In this document: positions 58,799 through 64,000 of the stretch, piece by piece
How positions within the stretch are numbered: position 1 is the first letter of the stretch
Layout: every line of letters begins with the position of its first letter
Virus record (IMG/VR): IMGVR_UViG_3300028558_000024
Span: 1 to 64,000 of that record
Length of the DNA: 64,000 nucleotides
DNA from: a virus
Strand: one strand, 5' to 3'
Position numbers and translations under genes: made by a program
The notes under the pieces: model-generated
What the model was told of the DNA's origin: nothing
Databases searched by the model: none
The model's input: only the letters and a program-made list of their open reading frames with translations

Positions 58799-59131
58799 AT
58801 GTCCTTCCCATTCCAAAATCTTTTCACTGAAAAAGCTTCAGCCGCACTTGTCGGCGCCGTTACCGATGCCGCTAAAGGCATTGACGAAAACCATGATGGT
58901 ATTCCAGACATCGAGCAAGGTCAAACCGCGTTTGGGAAAATCGTCGGCGGAGCCACCAAGGCAATCAATGCATCCGGCTTTCTGGCATTCATTGCCGTTA
59001 TTGCCGATGCAGCTTCAAAGCTCGATGTGCCGGCAGCCAAAGAAGGCTTTGAGCAGGCAATTGAAGGCGCACACGAAGTTTATGCAATCGTGACAGGCGT
59101 TATCGCGAAGTTTAACCCGCCGAAAGTATAA
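58799..59131 (+). CDS. small amphipathic protein, possibly lysis-related
   Basis: Position after the fibres; SD GGAG; DENHDGIPD acidic loop. Confidence 0.45.
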   Translation: MSFPFQNLFTEKASAALVGAVTDAAKGIDENHDGIPDIEQGQTAFGKIVGGATKAINASGFLAFIAVIADAASKLDVPAAKEGFEQAIEGAHEVYAIVTGVIAKFNPPKV

Positions 59132-59164
59132 AAGGAATCAAGGGGCCAACTGGAGACATGGGGA

Positions 59165-59539
59165 TTGAAAGACAATGACGTTAACAATGATCCTTTGCGG
59201 AATCGTGTTATTTCTGATGCGTCCGGTCCTCACGTTATTGGACACCAGCCAAGCGCGTCATCACACGAATCCCTCGCCCGCTTTGAGGCCATTCACGAAG
59301 AAGTCCAAAGTGTCAAAGACAGCGTAAAAAGCGACAATTTGATTGTTTGGACAAAGCAATTCTGCACAATTCTGGGCGGAATCAGCTTTCTTTACCTCAT
59401 AACGATTGATGCGCTATTCCAATGGAACAAAACGCCCTACAACACCCCTGAAATGGCTTGGGTGATTACGGTCGCCCTAGTGAGCGGAAATGTATTCGAT
59501 CTTTTGGCGCAGTATATACAAAGACTCCGCGGTAAATGA
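59165..59539 (+). CDS. holin-like protein with two TM segments
   Basis: Two hydrophobic helices and a basic C-terminus at the end of the late operon. Confidence 0.5.
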   Translation: MKDNDVNNDPLRNRVISDASGPHVIGHQPSASSHESLARFEAIHEEVQSVKDSVKSDNLIVWTKQFCTILGGISFLYLITIDALFQWNKTPYNTPEMAWVITVALVSGNVFDLLAQYIQRLRGK

Positions 59540-59580
59540 GAGTCTATTCACCGATTGCCTTGGGCACTTCTGACGCATAA

Positions 59581-59627
59581 TGAATGCATTCGAACGCAAC
59601 TGAATGCGTCTGTATGGAAATGAATAG
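59581..59627 (+). promoter_or_regulatory. five direct repeats with a 10-bp period (TGAATGC-like)
   Basis: TGAATGCATT CGAACGCAAC TGAATGCGTC TGTATGGAAA TGAATAG. Confidence 0.55.
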
Positions 59628-59658
59628 GAGCGGCACCCCTTGCGGGCGCTGATTTTTT

Positions 59659-59946
59659 GTGCCTAGAAAAGCATTAGACCCTGGAGACAAATTTCTTGAT
59701 GCCGTGCAAGCGGCCGAGTTGATTGGCTTTAGCCGAAATACTTTTATAAAGATGGTCATGGAAGGAGAATTTCCCGTTCCTTATATGAAGATCGGGAACA
59801 AATACCGCTTCAGAAGAAAGGACATGGAGGCTGTCATCGATACCTTGACTGTAAATGGAAGCTTCGATCCTTCATTGACGATAAAGCCTCCGGTTGTATC
59901 GGAAGAAGAAGCTGACGAGATTTTGGGCACCGATGAAGACGATTAA
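59659..59946 (+). CDS. HTH_17 (excisionase/Cox/BldC-like) DNA-binding protein
   Basis: FLDAVQAAELIGFSRNTFIKMV..GEFP..KIGNKYRFRRKD. Confidence 0.85.
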   Translation: MPRKALDPGDKFLDAVQAAELIGFSRNTFIKMVMEGEFPVPYMKIGNKYRFRRKDMEAVIDTLTVNGSFDPSLTIKPPVVSEEEADEILGTDEDD

Positions 59947-61356
59947 TTGGGCGTGGACGCGGAGAGAAGAACCCGAACTCATTCGCGATACTTATCCTCT
60001 CGTTATAGCGCAGTGTGTTTTTTTGCTTCCCGGCGAATTGTTTCTCTTTCGAAACACCGCAGAAGAAGCTGACTGGACAAGACGATATCCAGACCCGAAG
60101 AAAAGAAAAGTAGCCAGATTGGCCGAACGTTTTAGATCAGCAGGAATGAAAGTCGAGGACAGCACAGAAAATGCCCAATGAATCACCGATGCTCTCAGAC
60201 GCCATAACAAATGCGACCGTTACTTTGACCGAGCGGCAATGGTCGACGGTTGTATCGGCTCTTCGTTTTTACACAGGGCTGCTGGTGAATCCTGAGAACA
60301 AAAGCGACTTCGCTGCGGTTGCCGACATTGATCCATCTTCGCTTTATCGATCGCTTTGCATTCAACTTGGATTGGTCAACGAAGACAGCAATATCAAATT
60401 GAAAGACCCATACACCGGAGATGTTATCGAATGATCGAAGCAGCTTTGATGGTACTTGCGGCGTTTGCAATCTCAGCAATATCGCAGTGGTTTTACGAGA
60501 ATTTTGAAGAGGGACAAGACTGATGGGAGTAGCTAGAGAATACGAAGTACGGCGACTCGTTCAAGACGAATGCGCCAAATACATAAACGGCGACAAGCAC
60601 CATAAGATCGTCACGCCTGGTCAAAAATTGATTGCACTCGGAGCGACGATAAACAAACTCGGCACAATTATTAGTCATCAAAGAAGAACCATTCGAGCAC
60701 AAAGAGAAACGATCAGAGGGCTTGAATTGGCTATATCAAAAGACCCTGATTATCTCCGCATTTTTGAGCAGAATCGTGGGCAAATGGCTGAATTCATAAA
60801 AGCTTTTGTCGAGTGCAAAATACCAGAGCCGCCGGAACCCAAAGAAACAACATGACCTTCAAATTTACGCCGCATACAAATCCGCCGAAGAAAGGCGACA
60901 TTTTTCACATCGTTCAAACCTTCGCCGGCAAAACGACAATTGAACACGCGACTGTCAAAACCGTGCATATGAGCAAATTCCTCTGCATGAGAAGGTTTGC
61001 AGGACGCACCTCGCAAATCGGCTTTTACAAAGATCCGAATGCGGATGGAAGCCACACAATAAGCGGCGGAATCCCTTACGTTTCAAATGCGCGCGCATGG
61101 CCCGACAGCAAAAAGGAAATGGCATTGGCCGAGTTTTACAGAAGAGGTGGAAAAGACAATGCCTGATTTTGTCGTTTACCGAACCAGAACAATCAAAGAA
61201 TGCGCCAATGTAAACGCTTCGGACGAGGATGAGGCCGAAGAGAAAGCTGATGATCTTGGTGATGAAAGCTGGGCAGAGCAAGACGAAGATGTCCGTATAG
61301 ACAGGGTTTTTCTAGCCGATGAACATGAAGCGGAAAGAGATTTTGACTGTGAATGA
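59933..61356 (+). CDS. cluster of small hypothetical ORFs (59933-60181, 60171-60434, 60523-60855, 60852-61166, 61159-61356)
   Basis: Coupled ORFs; no confident family. Confidence 0.5.
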
Positions 61357-62563
61357 ACTTGAAACAAAACAAACCGAGTTAACCGACGAGCAAAAAGCCG
61401 CAGTCGAGTACATTCGCGCCAATGCATGGAAAGGGCTTGTTGCTTTGGCGGGTCCGGCTGGAAGTGGAAAAACTACGGTCATTAAAAGTCTCGTAGATGT
61501 GCTTAGGCAGCCGGTCTTGGCGAGTGCCATGACAAATAAGGCCGCTTGCGTTTTAAGAAAAAAGGGTATCGATGCCGTTACTTTCCATCAAGCTTGCATG
61601 GCGCCAATCTTCAAACCGCCACTCCATGATATTGCGCGTTTTCTCAATGAAGCTGACGAGAAGAAAGTTAAATACCCCGAAGAGTTGAAGGCTGAATATT
61701 CAGAAGAGGAATTATTCAAAGCTCTTTTGGCGACTCGCAGAACGGGCATCAACTCTGGAATGCGGGCGCTCGGAATCACGAATATTTTTTCGTATATTTC
61801 GGGATGGATTGCCGCTGGAAAGAAAGAGGGAACGCTTATTGTCGACGAAGCTTCGATGCTCGGCGACAGAGAGCTAGAGATTGCGCAAGAAGTATTCGAC
61901 TGTGTAATCTTGATCGGAGATACGCACCAGCTGCCACCCGTCAAGAGTTCTCCCGTCTTCTGGGAAGTTGAAAATCGTATTGAATTGACAAAGATTCACC
62001 GCCAGGCCGAAGGTTCGCAGCCTCTTCAGATCGCAACGAAAATCAGAATGGGGCAAATGGTGCCGATGTCGCCACGCAAGAACATTGATTATGAATTGTG
62101 CAAAGCTGGTATGCCGGTAATTTGCTGGAAAAATGTGACGAGAACCAGGCTAACCAACGAGATCCGAAAAGCGCTTGGCTATGAGGGCTTACCGCCACAA
62201 GAAGGCGAGTATTTGATTTGTCGAAACACGCAGGATAAAGACGCGAAGCTTCGAGGACTTTTCAATAATTCAATTTGGCGAGTCGTAAATTCAATCGACT
62301 GGGTCTGCACCTTGGAGAGTGATGACGGCGAAATCCTGAACGGTGAGCACGTCTTTGATGAAGACGCTCAAGTCGGAGATGGAGTTCCGTATCGGTTTGC
62401 TTATTGTCTAACAGCTCATTCGAGCCAGGGTTCGGAGTGGGAAAGCATCCAAATTCACGCGCCGGACGCGTCGGCTGTGCTGAATTTCAAGAAAGACGAA
62501 GGCGCAAAATGGCTTTATACCGCCGTTACACGAGCAAAGGGGGAATTGCGATGGGTAATTTAG
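61319..62563 (+). CDS. Dda/RecD-like SF1B DNA helicase
   Basis: LTDEQ, GPAGSGKT, IVDEASM, GDTHQLPPV, IHRQ, TAHSSQGSEW, YTAVTRA. The start may be the GTG near 61349. Confidence 0.9.
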   Translation: MNMKRKEILTVNELETKQTELTDEQKAAVEYIRANAWKGLVALAGPAGSGKTTVIKSLVDVLRQPVLASAMTNKAACVLRKKGIDAVTFHQACMAPIFKPPLHDIARFLNEADEKKVKYPEELKAEYSEEELFKALLATRRTGINSGMRALGITNIFSYISGWIAAGKKEGTLIVDEASMLGDRELEIAQEVFDCVILIGDTHQLPPVKSSPVFWEVENRIELTKIHRQAEGSQPLQIATKIRMGQMVPMSPRKNIDYELCKAGMPVICWKNVTRTRLTNEIRKALGYEGLPPQEGEYLICRNTQDKDAKLRGLFNNSIWRVVNSIDWVCTLESDDGEILNGEHVFDEDAQVGDGVPYRFAYCLTAHSSQGSEWESIQIHAPDASAVLNFKKDEGAKWLYTAVTRAKGELRWVI

Positions 62564-63256
62564 AATCCGAAAATCATCGTTTGACCTGTCTCGTTTGCAT
62601 CGAAACCGGAAGCTGCAAAACCCGACGGGAGATTGAGGCGGAAGAGGGAACGCGGTCGGTAGTTGTCGCCTATTGCGGCGATGAGCATCAAATGCAAGCA
62701 CTTCGCAAAATTTGGGAGAACGAATAATGTGGGCAGGTCCAGGAATGCCGGGGTGTGAAGGCGTTGAAACTCAAGAACAGAAGCCGCTCTCCTTGCGATT
62801 GAGAATTGCCGCTCAATATTTTGCCGAATGTTATTTTGGCAAATTATATGATGCGACCACAGAGCATCGCATGAAGACTGAGGCGGCTGTTAAGGTCTTC
62901 GAGAAACTACTTAAAGAGGTCGAAGATATTCAGGAGAAAAACAATCGACGCCTTCAAATGCTGATGCGAATTCGCAATATCGCATATGAAAAGCATCAGC
63001 CGGATCGGTGGGCTATCTATGATGTTCGCGCTGAATTTAGGGGCTCGACTCCGTTATGAAGTGGCTCAAAAAACTCCTTAACGCTGGTTATCGCGTCGAC
63101 ACCCTCCCAAATCAAAACGGTGATGGGCGGTTTATTGTGAGAGTTTGGCTCTATTTTGGGCCAGATATTATGAATCGGAAAGTCGTTTTCGACGACTGCG
63201 AATGGGATGTTGAATCAATGTATCAAGCGGCTTGTCAGAGGCTGGGGGTTAAGTGA
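62551..63256 (+). CDS. three small hypothetical ORFs (62551-62727, 62727-63059, 63056-63256)
   Basis: Coupled ORFs. Confidence 0.45.
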
Positions 63257-64000
63257 AATACAGAAGTTGCATCCGATACCCCGGAGGCAAACAACGGCAC
63301 TTAAAATACCTAGTCCCTTTGATGCCCAAAGGAGTCTTTGAGATGCGTGACGTTCTGTGCGGTGGAGCTTCGGTTTCACTAGCAGCGGCAAAAGAAGGCA
63401 TCGCCAAACGTTACTGGCTCAACGACCTTTTCTATCCGGTTTTCAATTTCTGGCATATCGTGAGCAGACTCGGGCAAGAGCTTGTGAACGAAGTTTTCTT
63501 CATTCACGAATTGACTGACGAAAAACTGAGGGAAAGAGTCTTAGAAGGCAAAGAAAGACTACTCGCAAACAAGCCATACGACTCACTTCTTATGGCAACT
63601 GATTTCTTTATCCTCAATCGCTGCAGCTTTTCAGGTTCAACTCTTTGCGGCGGATTGAAAGGAAAGATTCGCGAACGTTTCAACCTAAGCAACATCACCC
63701 GAATTCTCGATTGCTATGTCGTTATGAAGGATTTCGGATTCACGGGCGTCGACTTTTCAACAGTTATTCAAAAGGGTGGCACGGAATCTTTCCTGTTTTG
63801 CGATCCGCCATATATCTCCGCTTCCAAGCTTTACGGCAATGGTGGTGATCTACACGACGACTTCGATCACCTTAAACTAGCGGAGTTGCTTCACGAAACC
63901 GATCACAAATTCATGTTGACCTATGACGATCATTATCTGATTCGGCGCTGGTATGGCGGATTCAACATCCGCGAACTTGGCGTCACAAACTCAATGGACA
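63253..64000 (+). CDS. Dam-family (D12 class) N6-adenine DNA methyltransferase, 3'-truncated by the window end
   Basis: GTG 63253: MKYRSCIRYPGGK...LCGGASV...WLND...LNRCSFSG...FLFCDPPY in one frame; absent from the ORF track because there is no stop codon in the window. Confidence 0.88.
   Translation, partial: MKYRSCIRYPGGKQRHLKYLVPLMPKGVFEMRDVLCGGASVSLAAAKEGIAKRYWLNDLFYPVFNFWHIVSRLGQELVNEVFFIHELTDEKLRERVLEGKERLLANKPYDSLLMATDFFILNRCSFSGSTLCGGLKGKIRERFNLSNITRILDCYVVMKDFGFTGVDFSTVIQKGGTESFLFCDPPYISASKLYGNGGDLHDDFDHLKLAELLHETDHKFMLTYDDHYLIRRWYGGFNIRELGVTNSMD

Noticed and set aside
1-64000. tRNA genes, stop-codon recoding and a specific host assignment
   Set aside because: No cloverleaf was recognised, the core genes are intact in the standard code, and the host cannot be established without database searches.

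Overview
The window is most of the genome of a tailed dsDNA phage with a contractile tail (myovirus-like), read in the standard genetic code with almost all genes on the + strand. Order: (1) 1-19.9 kb, early/replication arm: repeat protein, RecT-like annealase, RuvC-like resolvase, C5 and phage-Dam-like methyltransferases, ASCH protein, DEDDh exonuclease, MmcB-like nuclease, many small unknown ORFs and a P4/D5-type primase-helicase. (2) 20-23.4 kb: GH108 endolysin, a short - strand operon, a non-coding cluster of ten TGCCTCCA iterons (probable origin), and a serine resolvase with a 34-bp palindrome. (3) 23.4-29.8 kb: small membrane/secreted and Zn-finger proteins and a ParB-fused methyltransferase. 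(4) 30-59.5 kb: terminase (large subunit with a class-3-type LAGLIDADG intein), portal, scaffold, capsid, neck, sheath, tube, chaperone, tape measure, baseplate, fibres and holin-like genes. (5) 59.6-64 kb: a second early block with an HTH_17 regulator, a Dda/RecD-like helicase and a truncated Dam-family methyltransferase. I saw no integrase, CRISPR array, tRNA or reverse transcriptase. The most unusual observations are two tail-fibre-type Gly-rich proteins with Sec-like signal peptides; a stand-alone copy of the primase origin-binding-like domain beside the iterons; three CAGGC-loop hairpins in the capsid leader; a G-U-rich structured RNA candidate upstream of terS; a +1/-2 rather than -1 tail-chaperone frameshift; and helically phased repeats upstream of the HTH_17 gene. 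All product calls come from motif recognition by eye and gene order, not from database searches.
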